A DNA stretch of 64,000 bases. Source: Candidatus Nomurabacteria bacterium. GTDB lineage: Bacteria; Patescibacteriota; Minisyncoccia; Phycocordibacterales; UBA9973. Shown here piece after piece: positions 48,701 through 58,011 of this stretch. Where the stretch lies: NCBI GenBank assembly GCA_016699085.1, contig CP064958.1, positions 271,630 to 335,629 of the forward strand. Direction: 5' to 3'. Position 1 is the first letter of the stretch. Each line of letters opens with the position of its first letter. The notes below the pieces were generated by a model. It saw only the letters and a list, made by a program, of their open reading frames with translations. It had not been told where the DNA came from and made no database searches. The position numbers and the translations under genes are program-made.

Positions 48701-49063
48701 TCCACTATTTTCTTTGTATCCTTCTAAGTTCACTTTCTCTTCATTTGAACTAAAAAGCTTTACACCTTGTGCAACCATGTCATCGTATGAAAAAGTCACT
48801 TTATTATTTTTTGAATCTTCGAGTTCAACAGTAGAAGCTTTTGGATCTCCAGGAACTATATTAACTTCACTTATTGTGTAATTTTTTTGATCCCCAGGGA
48901 ATTTCCATACTTGGCCTTTTTCAAATTTTAAATTTTGCTTGATTTGGTCTAATGCTCTATTTTTGCGAGCACGTAAAGCTTCTAGCCCATTATTGATAGC
49001 ATCTGTTTTATTATTTGAACTTTTGATTATGCTCTCAGCAATTTTATCTGTGTCGATCGACAT
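45800..49063 (-). CDS. Very large hypothetical protein (1087 aa) with ~65-aa internal repeats, a Gly/Ala-rich TM segment and a Pro/Asn-rich tail
   Basis: Repeats such as GSVVGEALPRANKRKLHTLLNIEED...FSDKANKVSARGLTFAFATGKIRL and GSRVGEALPGVSKRKILTVLEIKEQ...FSDKPNEVSAINLARAFTSGKILL. TM ILLSIGIGTGVAVVTTLTGGGGLAAFGAAAAGVG. C-terminal NRPGV repeats. Confidence 0.55.
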   Translation of the reverse strand: MSIDTDKIAESIIKSSNNKTDAINNGLEALRARKNRALDQIKQNLKFEKGQVWKFPGDQKNYTISEVNIVPGDPKASTVELEDSKNNKVTFSYDDMVAQGVKLFSSNEEKVNLEGYKENSGFYMSPLKTFHEGDTWQKDTNYYRIDKEETDEKGTEHFTVSVFASKEDLDKNTNATTEIYTNKTIENLLGPIANKKEKGERYTTYTAQAKRLPKVAILSTHPPKIETKKTGSEQFKDKITDESWAAAWEKVMALKNGSVVGEALPRANKRKLHTLLNIEEDVTKNVEKNMYTFSDKANKVSARGLTFAFATGKIRLMTESETPAPTVETKITPPEKKAGAVEAKPEITAGMDKVAKLKIGSRVGEALPGVSKRKILTVLEIKEQTNFKGEKFNAYVFSDKPNEVSAINLARAFTSGKILLLADGEPIETKTPEVEKVETSPAFELKKGTTIFDSVKKELFSITDIQEKTNARGIKYNVYFVSNQTKSIPERQFLGQFENGELRIATPEDIREHEGATSIHVVTENETTARTEPQPTEARQAPGEVLAQQINDPANRQEQAKTPEQSLQEARAIYIETYRDMLEERQDQARNKKGFGAWFQRNIWNKLVGEKIAKEDLKATDPVRLAHERAQQTYKDAKVAYGKHLLKQENDKLDRNHASPVEKKLALDSFQNGALFKTLILDEGDTLARAKLEALPTRERGILEKGIAWYGKIQPRWKRILLSIGIGTGVAVVTTLTGGGGLAAFGAAAAGVGARVVGGAAAGEVGIGIKNLFHNQKIIDRDFERDMERMKRLNKYGEGFGNEWLTRNEALYQSVHKRKQKSESLDRYLNAGIRGASSIGFGLWAGHYATEHFANQAPATVDHPTTIDQPTIETPTSISEYALVQKGDGVENVFIRQLEANNGALAAKMGWTGGDLHEFAQHQAHEIASKTGYFQNGHEVRLATGSIGHASYAIEKNPFGAGYLVQEYMDGIPKDNGMHIIGSSAFESNPDSYEYGYNNKSGTGAQALKPLPNNPNLQPLPSRPDALPTSTTDGQATTGGLQKLANRPGVSNDGLQNVTNRPGVNNGGIPNVANRPGATIPTGNIPK

Positions 49064-49084
49064 AATGGTTTAAATTTAAAATTA

Positions 49085-50941
49085 TTATTTAACTTCTTTA
49101 ACCTCAATTTTCAAATTCAATGCTGCTTGGCGACGTTTTTCTTCTTTTGCATTTACTTTATCACCTATGAATAAATAGTAGCCTTCTCCCTCATCAAGTG
49201 CCTTAACAATATTTTTTCCTCCAGGACGATGCTCCATAGCCAGAGCACTAGTAATACGATTTGCAATTAATTCTTCATATTTATTGAGTGTAATTCGATA
49301 TGAGCGATTTTTATCGTTAGTGCCAGAACTGAATTCAAGTATATCCTCATTTTTTTCAAGATCAAAGTATACTCTTTTAACAATAAATGTATCTTTAGAC
49401 TTAAAAAAAGTTTCGAGAATAAACTGTTGGTAGTTTTCCGTAACCGTTTCGCCCGGCTTGTATATTTGTCCAGCCATATTTATTGGTGTTTCTTCAAGTC
49501 GTTTTGTCTGGTCTCGTAATATTTTCGAAACAACCATTCCTTGAGCTACAACAAATTCCTTGTCAGGACTTTCCTCTGGCGCAAGCACTAGCATAATATT
49601 ATTTTTTTCCTCTTTTATTTCTTTCAGTATGTATTTGGGTGAATTTTGGATTGTAACTGCTTTTACTGCTTCAATAAATAAAGGTTCAGTAATTACATCA
49701 CCAGGTTTTATCATTTTACCCCCAATATATGTACGTGTGATCTCTACATCACTGCCAATTTGGGCTCTACTTTCAGCAGTATCTTTAGTCCTCTTTTCGT
49801 GCTTAATGTTTCGTAGTTCATAGCCATGTCTATATCTCATTACATTCGTTAATTTTGAAACAGTCATAGCTTGTTCACCTTTTTTCTCATAGTCGCCTTT
49901 CCTAACTTGAACTTTCCTTGCCCTTATGTCATTTAACCAATCTCTTTTGCCACATAATATATTAATTATTTCATCATCAATTTCTCCCAACTCCTCATAT
50001 AATTCACTAAGCTCTCTTTCAAGTGTTTCCATGGTACCTGCCCTTTCACCATTACTGATGCCAGCTTTAAATCGATCAAATTCATCAGGCTCACCTATAT
50101 TTTTATAGTAATTAATTTCATCCTCAATATTTTTTAATTGTACCCCTGCTGCTTCTTTGGCTTTCTTGCTTTTTGCATGCGTAAGTTCGTCAAGTTTTTC
50201 TACATAACGTTTTAATAGTTCTTTTTTTTCATATTCTCTACGCAGTGTATCTTGTTCAGCCATCTTTTTCTTATATGCTTTCAGCTCACTTTCATTAAGT
50301 GTTTTGTTGCCTTTATTTACAAAACCACTATTTGGATCTGGTGGGTTTGTGTCAGTAACTTCAATTATTTGACCCCACATTGGATCATAAATACGATCCC
50401 CAGTTTTAAACACATTTGGTATTCTTCTATTAATACGCTCAATTTCTTCAGCTGAAAGGTTTAGGATTCCCTTCATTCGTTTCTTGAAAGCTTCTGAAAG
50501 TTTTCCAAATGGTTTTGATTCGATTTTACTTAGGGGGCCATGGCCGTTATCAACATATTCAATAATTTTATCTTTTGACCAGCTCTTTACACCTTCATGC
50601 CACCCTCGTGATTCAAGGATTGCAATACCTGTTTCAATTAGATTCTGGTTTATTTCCTGACGTTCATGCACACTCATGCCTCCTGATTCTATTTGTTCTC
50701 GTAACAAATCAAAAAATTTAGATAGAGTTGTCTCTTCTTGTTTTTTTACTAGATCTTTATTTTCAACTGATGGCGATTCAGTTTTTTTTGCCGTATTTCT
50801 TGGCTTGGCTACTTTCTTAGGTATTGATTTCTCATCTTCTGGCTTAGACTTGAGAAGATCCTTAATTTTTGATAGGTCATTAGCTTCTACAGGAGTCTTT
50901 TCGTTCGAATCCTTTTTTGCACCCTCAAATTGTTTCGCCAT
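49085..50941 (-). CDS. Large hypothetical charged protein (618 aa)
   Basis: K/E-rich with no TM and no recognised motif. First gene of the operon. Confidence 0.5.
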   Translation of the reverse strand: MAKQFEGAKKDSNEKTPVEANDLSKIKDLLKSKPEDEKSIPKKVAKPRNTAKKTESPSVENKDLVKKQEETTLSKFFDLLREQIESGGMSVHERQEINQNLIETGIAILESRGWHEGVKSWSKDKIIEYVDNGHGPLSKIESKPFGKLSEAFKKRMKGILNLSAEEIERINRRIPNVFKTGDRIYDPMWGQIIEVTDTNPPDPNSGFVNKGNKTLNESELKAYKKKMAEQDTLRREYEKKELLKRYVEKLDELTHAKSKKAKEAAGVQLKNIEDEINYYKNIGEPDEFDRFKAGISNGERAGTMETLERELSELYEELGEIDDEIINILCGKRDWLNDIRARKVQVRKGDYEKKGEQAMTVSKLTNVMRYRHGYELRNIKHEKRTKDTAESRAQIGSDVEITRTYIGGKMIKPGDVITEPLFIEAVKAVTIQNSPKYILKEIKEEKNNIMLVLAPEESPDKEFVVAQGMVVSKILRDQTKRLEETPINMAGQIYKPGETVTENYQQFILETFFKSKDTFIVKRVYFDLEKNEDILEFSSGTNDKNRSYRITLNKYEELIANRITSALAMEHRPGGKNIVKALDEGEGYYLFIGDKVNAKEEKRRQAALNLKIEVKEVK

Positions 50942-50996
50942 AGTCTTTAAATTATGTATAAAATATTAGTTTCTGTCAATTTTTAGCCTTTTTTCT

Positions 50997-51018
50997 TATC
51001 CACATGTCGATGTGGATA
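50997..51018. promoter_or_regulatory. Perfect palindrome of two DnaA-box-like 9-mers upstream of the 50941 operon
   Basis: TATCCACAT-gtcg-ATGTGGATA. The left arm, with its preceding T, is the consensus DnaA box TTATCCACA. It lies 56-77 nt upstream of the start codon. Confidence 0.45.
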
Positions 51019-51305
51019 TCGTGATTGACTCACCCAGCCTAAGGCGGTACCCTTGTATCTGTGGGTGGTATAGAGCTAGTATATATCCTACAAATTTGTT
51101 TACCTAGTAGATATCCCCATTTTCAAGCAATTTCCTCATATTTCTGAACTGATCGTAACGACTGTCTAAGCTTGTGTAATCCTTGCAGCCTTCTTATGTA
51201 GCCATAAGGTCGTTCTGTGAGAGAGCTTCGCAGTTATTTTTTTAGTATATAAAACCCTTTTTAAAAGATTCTTCAAGCGACAACGCTGTCTCAGATCGCT
51301 CAAAG

Positions 51306-52403
51306 ATGATAAAACCCTTATTTTACAAGCGCGGAGCATCCGGGGTTGTTTTTGTGTTGCTGGCTATTGGTTTACTACTCTACCCACTCGAGTCATATGC
51401 CAATTTTTTCTCAACCGCTCTATTTCAAAAGCCCGAAAAAGCTTATGCCCAAAACGTGCCAATAGCTAAAAATTCACAAACATTGCCAATTTTGAGGGCA
51501 GAAAATACGACAGTGGCCATGAAAAGTAGCGAAATTGCTGACATTATTATCTCAGATGATACTGCCTTGGTACCACAAGCTGGACCTTCGGGAACTGTCG
51601 CTGATATGTCAGAAGATATAACGAGTGGTCAGATTAGCACCTATGTTGTTAGATCAGGTGATTCGCTGTCGGTCATAGCTGACATGTTTAATGTCTCTAT
51701 TAATACGATTCTTTGGGCAAATGATTTAAAGAAAGGTCAAGCACTCCAAACGGGTGATACGCTCATTATTTTACCAGTAACAGGACTTAAATATACAGTC
51801 AAAAAGGGTGATACAGTTAGTTCAATTGCTAAAAAGTTTAGTCTTAGTTCATCAGAAGAAATTATTTCATACAATAATTTAGAGACAGTCACAGTTGCTG
51901 TTGGTGATGTACTCATTATTCCTGGTGCAGAATTGCCTGCTGAAGTTCCAGTGACACCAAAGAAAACCCCTGTCAAACAAGGGGGTAGTAGTAGTGTATT
52001 CGTTAAGAATCAATCTGCAGGAAGCAAAATTGCAGGTTACTTTATAAAGCCAATACCGTGTGGCCTTACCCAAAACAAGCATGATAAGTATGCGATCGAT
52101 ATGAGTTGCGGTGGTTCTGGTATGCCAGTCAAAGCTGCTGCAAGTGGTACTGTCAAATTTGCTAAAACTGGTTGGAACGGTGCTTTTGGTAACCTCGTCG
52201 TTATTGCTCATGCTAACGGCACGCAGACTTTCTATGCTCATCTTTCCAAGATAAGTGTTTCAATTGGTCAGGAAGTGAATCAAGGTAGTATTATCGGCAA
52301 TGTCGGTTCTACAGGACGCTCAACTGGTCCACACCTTCACTTCGAAGTTCGAGGTGCGTATAATCCTGGCTTTGACACTTCAGGACAGCTTTGGAAGAAG
52401 TAA
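51306..52403 (+). CDS. LysM-domain M23 family metallopeptidase
   Basis: Two LysM repeats (YVVRSGDSLSVIADMF..., YTVKKGDTVSSIAKKF...) and a C-terminal M23 domain with HLHFEVR. Confidence 0.85.
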   Translation: MIKPLFYKRGASGVVFVLLAIGLLLYPLESYANFFSTALFQKPEKAYAQNVPIAKNSQTLPILRAENTTVAMKSSEIADIIISDDTALVPQAGPSGTVADMSEDITSGQISTYVVRSGDSLSVIADMFNVSINTILWANDLKKGQALQTGDTLIILPVTGLKYTVKKGDTVSSIAKKFSLSSSEEIISYNNLETVTVAVGDVLIIPGAELPAEVPVTPKKTPVKQGGSSSVFVKNQSAGSKIAGYFIKPIPCGLTQNKHDKYAIDMSCGGSGMPVKAAASGTVKFAKTGWNGAFGNLVVIAHANGTQTFYAHLSKISVSIGQEVNQGSIIGNVGSTGRSTGPHLHFEVRGAYNPGFDTSGQLWKK

Positions 52404-52411
52404 AATAGATT

Positions 52412-52505
52412 AAAAAGAGCGAAAAGATTTTTCTTGTTGAGGAACTCATCCAATTAAAATTGGATTCAAACAGTCCTCATTGCAAAAAATCTTTTCGCTC
52501 TTTTT
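52412..52505. repeat. Intergenic element family copy C (between convergent M23 and comM genes)
   Basis: Flanks aaaaagagcgaaaagattttt / aaaaatcttttcgctcttttt form a perfect 21-bp IR. Core CTTGTTGAGGAACTCATCCAATTAAAATTGGATTCAAACAGTCCTCATTGCA. Confidence 0.85.
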
Positions 52506-52522
52506 ATGTGACTGTACATTTC

Positions 52523-54058
52523 TCACAGCGCCTTCGGCCGATACTGTAGTGCTTCTAATATATGTGGAGTACCCACGGTTTCATCTCCGTTAACATCAGC
52601 GATTGTTCTTGCTAGTTTTAACACTCGATGATACGCACGTGGCGAGAGATTAAGCTTGGTTGCACTTTGATTGAAGAATGTCTGTGTTTTTGGATCTAGT
52701 GTAATTAGTGCACTAATATCTTTGGCATTCATATCACTATTGGTAGTGTGTGGGCGATTTGCATTTTCGAAACGTGTGCGTTGTTTGGCTCTGGCTACTT
52801 GAACTCGATCTCGGATGGTTTCTGTTTTTTCGCCAACAGGAGCATCACTGCCTAATTTCTCATAGCCGATCGCGCCGACTTCAACCCAGATATCGACACG
52901 GTCCATGATCGGACCTGAAAGTTTACGATTATATCTCGCTATGTCGCCTGCGGTGCAGGTGCATTCTTTTGCTCGTGTACCGCGATAGCCACAAGGGCAT
53001 GGATTCATAGCAGCAATCAAAATAAAATGTGACGGAAACAATGCAGTGCCTTTGGCCCTGGAAATAGATACGATTTTGTCTTCGAGCGGTTGGCGCAGAG
53101 ATTCGATGACTCGCTTGTCGAATTCTGGAAATTCATCCATAAATAATACTCCGCGATGCGCAAGTGTTATTTCACCAGGCTTCGGTGTGCTACCACCACC
53201 GATGATCGATACATAGGATGACGTATGGTGTGGTGCACGAAATGGTGGCAATGTAATCACATCAGCGTTGAGATTGCCGGCAACAGAATGAATGCTCGTG
53301 ATCTCGAGTGCTTCAGTAAGTGTGAGCGACGGCAAAAGTGTTGCAAATGCTCTCGCGAGCATGGTTTTGCCTGTGCCAGGTGGTCCATACATGGCGATAT
53401 TATGTCCGCCAGCTGCTGCTATCTCAAGCCCACGTTTAGCACCTTCTTGTCCACGGATATCTGAGAAATCAATATCACTGACATGCCTAGAAACATCAAT
53501 TGGTGTTTTTTCTTTTGGTTGTATTTTAGCAGTTTCTTCTGTTGCAGTAAGGTGAGTAATCAATTCACTAAGCGTATGTACACCAAATACTTTGATACCA
53601 TCAACCAGTGCTGCTTCACGTGCATTCGCTTCTGGTACATAGAGTTCTTCAAATCCATCACGCTTGGCTTTCTCCGCAAGCGGTAGCGTGCCTTTGATAG
53701 GTAACACTTCCCCATTGAGTGCGAGTTCTCCTAGGAATAACTTTTTTTGAATTTCAAATGTAATTTCTTCTGAGGCCAATAAATAACCGAGTGCAATGCC
53801 AATATCAAATGTTGAGCCTTCTTTTTTTGTTTCTGCTGGCGAGAGCGAGACGATGATTTTCTCGTTTTTGCTTTTTGGGGACGTGTAGCCTGAATTTTTG
53901 ATTGCTGAGCTTACACGATCGCGCGCTTCCTCGACTGCTTTATCAGGCAACCCAACAATAGAGAATGTGTGGAGTCCTTTTGAAAGATCTACTTCAATAG
54001 TAATAAGTTCTCCGCGAAGGAGTGATGTTTGTGCCGAATATAATCTGGCAAAAGACAT
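52523..54058 (-). CDS. comM: YifB/ComM family Mg-chelatase-like AAA+ ATPase
   Basis: Walker A GPPGTGKTMLARA, N-terminal Lon-like domain, C-terminal Mg chelatase subunit ChlI-like region. Confidence 0.85.
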   Translation of the reverse strand: MSFARLYSAQTSLLRGELITIEVDLSKGLHTFSIVGLPDKAVEEARDRVSSAIKNSGYTSPKSKNEKIIVSLSPAETKKEGSTFDIGIALGYLLASEEITFEIQKKLFLGELALNGEVLPIKGTLPLAEKAKRDGFEELYVPEANAREAALVDGIKVFGVHTLSELITHLTATEETAKIQPKEKTPIDVSRHVSDIDFSDIRGQEGAKRGLEIAAAGGHNIAMYGPPGTGKTMLARAFATLLPSLTLTEALEITSIHSVAGNLNADVITLPPFRAPHHTSSYVSIIGGGSTPKPGEITLAHRGVLFMDEFPEFDKRVIESLRQPLEDKIVSISRAKGTALFPSHFILIAAMNPCPCGYRGTRAKECTCTAGDIARYNRKLSGPIMDRVDIWVEVGAIGYEKLGSDAPVGEKTETIRDRVQVARAKQRTRFENANRPHTTNSDMNAKDISALITLDPKTQTFFNQSATKLNLSPRAYHRVLKLARTIADVNGDETVGTPHILEALQYRPKAL

Positions 54059-54126
54059 ACTAGTAATTTAAATTACAAAACGTACTACAATAATCTAAGC
54101 GCACATAGTCTCCAGTCTACGTTTTA

Positions 54127-54477
54127 TTATATGTGCTTCATGCACGTGCGAGCAGCAGGATTGGCCTCGAGTCGTTCTTCTTCGATTTTCTCCTCTCCTA
54201 TTTCACATGTTCCGTAAGCATTGTCTTTGATTTTCTGAAGTGCATCTTCGATATCTTTGAGTCGACTCGTGAGAGTTCTAACAAGTCCAGTTTTCTCTTC
54301 ATAATCTTCAGCTCGATCTGCGCGATCATTTTCATCGGCTTCAGCTATGCCTTCAAGTGGTCGTGCGTCCCAAAGTCCTGTTTCAGGGTTAAAGAGTGCA
54401 CCTTCTGATCCAAGCTGTGACAAAAGCATTTTCTGCTCCTCTTCAAGTTTTTGTTTGTATTGGTCTGTTGATTTCAT
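54127..54477 (-). CDS. DksA/TraR-family protein (degenerate zinc finger)
   Basis: Coiled-coil N-terminus and a C-terminal CEIGEEKIEEERLEANPAARTCMKH. Only two of the four Cys residues are retained. Confidence 0.6.
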   Translation of the reverse strand: MKSTDQYKQKLEEEQKMLLSQLGSEGALFNPETGLWDARPLEGIAEADENDRADRAEDYEEKTGLVRTLTSRLKDIEDALQKIKDNAYGTCEIGEEKIEEERLEANPAARTCMKHI

Positions 54478-54515
54478 GTGCTTATGATAGCAGTCAGGCC
54501 AGTCATGTGCAAATG

Positions 54516-55433
54516 CTACAGTGGTGTTTGTAATCGCACGAGTATTTCTTTGATTGTATCAATACTCGTGGTGACGAGAATAGTTTCTGTATCCAAAAAT
54601 ACGTATACCATCACAATATTCCCTGCACCGTCTCGCAATACGCGACCATCACGATTCTCAACAATAATATCCTCAAATTTTTTCTGAAAGAGTGCTGCAT
54701 TGTCGCCCTCGATAGACAGACCAAAGAGTTCATACATATTATCAAACAGTTTGCGTTCCCATGTGAGCATACCCGAGAAAGCTGTGTCATAGGAATTTGT
54801 TTTAAATATGAGAAACGGTACATTGACTATCTCCATATGCGTACCGAACATGTACTCTTCATCAAATGATCGTATGAGTGTTGGGTCGGCATCACTTTCG
54901 AGCTTCTTCAAGAATTCTTCTGTCGTAAGCATTCGCGCTCCCGGATAGGTCGGTGCCGTGAGAAGAATGGCAGTGATTTTGCCGGCATCTTGCGGCAGTA
55001 TCAATTTCTCCCGTATAGCATCTACAAGCTGTTTTTTCGTGAGGAGGCTACCAGTATCGACGCTTTGGTGCGCATCAGCAAAGATGAGTGTCTCTATGGT
55101 TGGTTTTTTCTCGACGACGATTGGGTCACTATCGTGAAAGAAATACAAATAGCCAAAGATACCGCCTGCGATAACAAGGCAGGCAATCGAACCAACGAGG
55201 AATGCAATATTTTTCTTTGCGACAGGAGAAATAAGTTTGGCAGTATCTTCTTTTTTCTTTTGTTCGGCGATAGCGATCTTGATCACCGAGCCTTGCTGTT
55301 CGCGTAGTGCTTCTGCCATATCGGACTGGTAGGTGCGAAGTGGCTCGATATTCTTGGCAAATAGCGGTTTAGTTTCCGGCGTAGCAGGCTTGGGTTCCTC
55401 TGGTATTTTTTGATCTGGAAGTAATGGATCCAT
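54516..55433 (-). CDS. Hypothetical bitopic membrane protein
   Basis: Pro-rich N-terminus, TM IAFLVGSIACLVIAGGIFGYLYFF, and a ~200-aa C-terminal domain. Confidence 0.45.
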   Translation of the reverse strand: MDPLLPDQKIPEEPKPATPETKPLFAKNIEPLRTYQSDMAEALREQQGSVIKIAIAEQKKKEDTAKLISPVAKKNIAFLVGSIACLVIAGGIFGYLYFFHDSDPIVVEKKPTIETLIFADAHQSVDTGSLLTKKQLVDAIREKLILPQDAGKITAILLTAPTYPGARMLTTEEFLKKLESDADPTLIRSFDEEYMFGTHMEIVNVPFLIFKTNSYDTAFSGMLTWERKLFDNMYELFGLSIEGDNAALFQKKFEDIIVENRDGRVLRDGAGNIVMVYVFLDTETILVTTSIDTIKEILVRLQTPL

Positions 55434-55437
55434 AGCT

Positions 55438-56343
55438 CTATAGTAGCGTATTAGTTGTTTCTTTTCGAGTATCTTGGAATTTAGTTTTCTTTATAAAAAA
55501 ATATTTTCTGAATATTCGTTTGATTTTGTCCGCTTTATGTTTGTTGCGACTAATGACCAGTTTATTTTTACCGCGAGTTCTGATAATTTCACTTAGCCTC
55601 AATTGGGCGTCAGTATTCCATTCAGTCGTGTCCGTATAGAATATATTGATCGATTCTGTGGTTTTTTGATCAAGCCAAGCTTCAATCAAGAAATCTCCAA
55701 AGATGTTGACGTAGTAGTTCTCTTTTGGAAACAATTTCTCTTCCGTCATATAGTAGAAACTCTTTTTGTTATCAAATTCCTTGCTCGCATATTTATCAAG
55801 TGGTGTTTTCCCTCCGACAATCATATAAATTTCTTTCCCATGTTCGAGCACCTCATCAAATAGCACTCTCTCACTCGCATGGCGCGCCAAGAAGAACCAT
55901 TCATGCGGATCATACATATAGAGGGGCTCGTGCTCACTTGTTGCGTTATTGAGAATACCAAATGCGTGTCCCCAAAACTGATCAGTTAGGTCTGGGTTTT
56001 TAAATGTGTATGAAATCTTGTCTCCATCTGCAAGTTTCAAGAAGTCTTCACTTGGAGTACTTGTCGACGTGTACATGCTCTCTGCTGTGCGGAAGTAGTC
56101 TGTCATTTTGTTGATCCAAATATGTGAGAGTGTTGCGCGTTTAGCATAGACTACCACCACTTCTTCCTTTTTGAGTTTCCTTAGGGCCTGATAGAAGCCC
56201 TGCTTTGTTGTTTTGGGGCGTACTACCTTAATTTTCTCTAGGAGTTCAATTGTTCCCGACGATCCCTTTTGTAGGTAGTTGAGAATATATTCTTCCAGCG
56301 TCTTTGGCTCATAAATCATCATATAAGTATAGTAAATAGTCAA
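55438..56343 (-). CDS. Hypothetical protein, paralog 1 of a ~300-aa family (wHTH-like N-terminus)
   Basis: Shares blocks with 58774..59637: KQGFYQALRKLKKEEVV vs KQAYYKALRELIKEEQVI, ISYTF...FWGHAF vs QSYTF...YWAHLF, HEWFFLARHASE vs HEWFMYDRPEAE, KLVISRNKHKADKIKRIFRK vs KILVDHNKSKAHILKKRFTK. Confidence 0.55.
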   Translation of the reverse strand: MTIYYTYMMIYEPKTLEEYILNYLQKGSSGTIELLEKIKVVRPKTTKQGFYQALRKLKKEEVVVVYAKRATLSHIWINKMTDYFRTAESMYTSTSTPSEDFLKLADGDKISYTFKNPDLTDQFWGHAFGILNNATSEHEPLYMYDPHEWFFLARHASERVLFDEVLEHGKEIYMIVGGKTPLDKYASKEFDNKKSFYYMTEEKLFPKENYYVNIFGDFLIEAWLDQKTTESINIFYTDTTEWNTDAQLRLSEIIRTRGKNKLVISRNKHKADKIKRIFRKYFFIKKTKFQDTRKETTNTLL

Positions 56344-56492
56344 ATAAAAGTAAACAAAACGCTTACTTTATATATAAAATAAGCTTATTGATAGACATAT
56401 ATCTATATTTATGTCATAATCTGTAAAGATCGGGTTTGATTGGCAAAATGGGGCAATTCTAGAAGCCCCTCTTACTAATTAAATCCAAACAA

Positions 56493-57281
56493 ATGAAAAA
56501 TTCAAAAAAATTACTTATTGTAGCGGGAGCTGCAGGCGAAATCGGAACCGAGTATTGCAAGATGGCCATTGCACACAAAGTTAATTGCATTGGGATTGTT
56601 AGAAATCGAAGAACAGGAATCAAATCACCTTTCTTTACTGAAGTAGTATGTGGCCTCGACAAAGAAGCATCCATACATGAGTCATTTGCAGATGTTGATT
56701 TCAGTGAATATAAAGAAATCATTTATCTGCACACTATTGGCGTAGATAACTTTGATCCCCGTGGTTACCCAAATATAGAGCCCTTAAAAACAATTCCGCT
56801 AGAGATCTATGATTCAAATGTAAATTCATTTAAGTATTTACTTAGGTATTGTGGAATGAAGATCAGTGCGTTAAATGATGGTAGAAGAGACTCTAAGATT
56901 AGCTTGAAAATTGCAATTATTGCAGGAGTTTCAGACAAGTACACTCCCTTTGTAATTGAGCCTTTTTGTGAAGCTAAATTTATCTTGAGACAGTATATTC
57001 AATCATATATACAACTGCATCCGGATTGGATTTCAGGACTCTCGATAAATATTACCTCAACAATTACTGCTTCTGCATTACGAGTACGGCCACATGCAGA
57101 TACCACGTACTGGCTACAGCCATCTGAAGTAGTTCAGAAATCATTTGAAACGCTTATCTCAAACGCCCGTAAGTACAAGGAGATGGATATCATAAAAAAC
57201 TTTCCAGATTTTATTCCTGGATATTATATGTCCAATAAAGATTTGTATGAAAAATGGAGCAGAGAAACAGGTGTTAAGTAA
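56493..57281 (+). CDS. NAD(P)-binding Rossmann-fold protein (SDR/epimerase-like)
   Basis: N-terminal LLIVAGAAGEIGTEY glycine-rich dinucleotide-binding motif. Confidence 0.55.
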   Translation: MKNSKKLLIVAGAAGEIGTEYCKMAIAHKVNCIGIVRNRRTGIKSPFFTEVVCGLDKEASIHESFADVDFSEYKEIIYLHTIGVDNFDPRGYPNIEPLKTIPLEIYDSNVNSFKYLLRYCGMKISALNDGRRDSKISLKIAIIAGVSDKYTPFVIEPFCEAKFILRQYIQSYIQLHPDWISGLSINITSTITASALRVRPHADTTYWLQPSEVVQKSFETLISNARKYKEMDIIKNFPDFIPGYYMSNKDLYEKWSRETGVK

Positions 57282-57393
57282 TAATCTAAGGAATTTCTGT
57301 CGATTAATCTTCAGAAATTCCTTTCATTATTCAGCTCACGATATTTCGTGGGTTGATAGTGAAATTGCCCTTTGTTAACTTAAAAAGTACATT

Positions 57394-58011
57394 ATGAAAA
57401 AGGATGTTTCTGAAATTCTTGCCTTTGTGTTTGCTAAAATTGTAGGTTGTATTTTCTTTGGTTGGCTAACATACCTCGCTGGGATTCTTGTAGTTCTAGC
57501 AGTACTGGATGATAATCAAAACTTGTTTTCAACATTCGGTTATTCCATCTTTTGTTTGGGCTCACTGATCTTTGCCGTATTTTTTCTTGCAATGAGTGAA
57601 GAAGATTTAAGGAAAAAGCGGAAAGATAGGAATACTAACTGGAGAAACTTGGCTCCCAAACTTTGCCGCCAGCGGATCATTATTGAAGCAATCACGGATC
57701 ACTGTGTCACACCAGAAGAGTTCAAAGACTATCTTTTGAAACTCTCTCATGTTGTCGGCATGCGATTACTGGAGCATGGCAAAGATCCTAACCCTTCTGC
57801 CTATGACGCCGAGAATATGGGTTACGGTGGCTGGATTCATTGGGTCACTTCCGGCGCGCATATGTATTCGTATCCTGCCGAGGTCACAGGTGGTGCAGGA
57901 CATTTGCTTAGTGTCGATGCCTATACCTGTAAACCGTTCTCCGTCGAGAAAGCTGTTAAATTCACCCGAGAGTATTTCAAACCGAAAGACATAGTCTGGC
58001 GGGAATTTTAA
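57394..58011 (+). CDS. Membrane-anchored S-adenosylmethionine decarboxylase-like (pyruvoyl AdoMetDC family) protein
   Basis: Two N-terminal TM helices. The C-terminal motifs WVTSGAHMYSYPAE and LSVDAYTCKP resemble the SpeH/SpeD-type ESHIxIHTWPE and DVFTCG motifs. Moderate. Confidence 0.4.
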   Translation: MKKDVSEILAFVFAKIVGCIFFGWLTYLAGILVVLAVLDDNQNLFSTFGYSIFCLGSLIFAVFFLAMSEEDLRKKRKDRNTNWRNLAPKLCRQRIIIEAITDHCVTPEEFKDYLLKLSHVVGMRLLEHGKDPNPSAYDAENMGYGGWIHWVTSGAHMYSYPAEVTGGAGHLLSVDAYTCKPFSVEKAVKFTREYFKPKDIVWREF

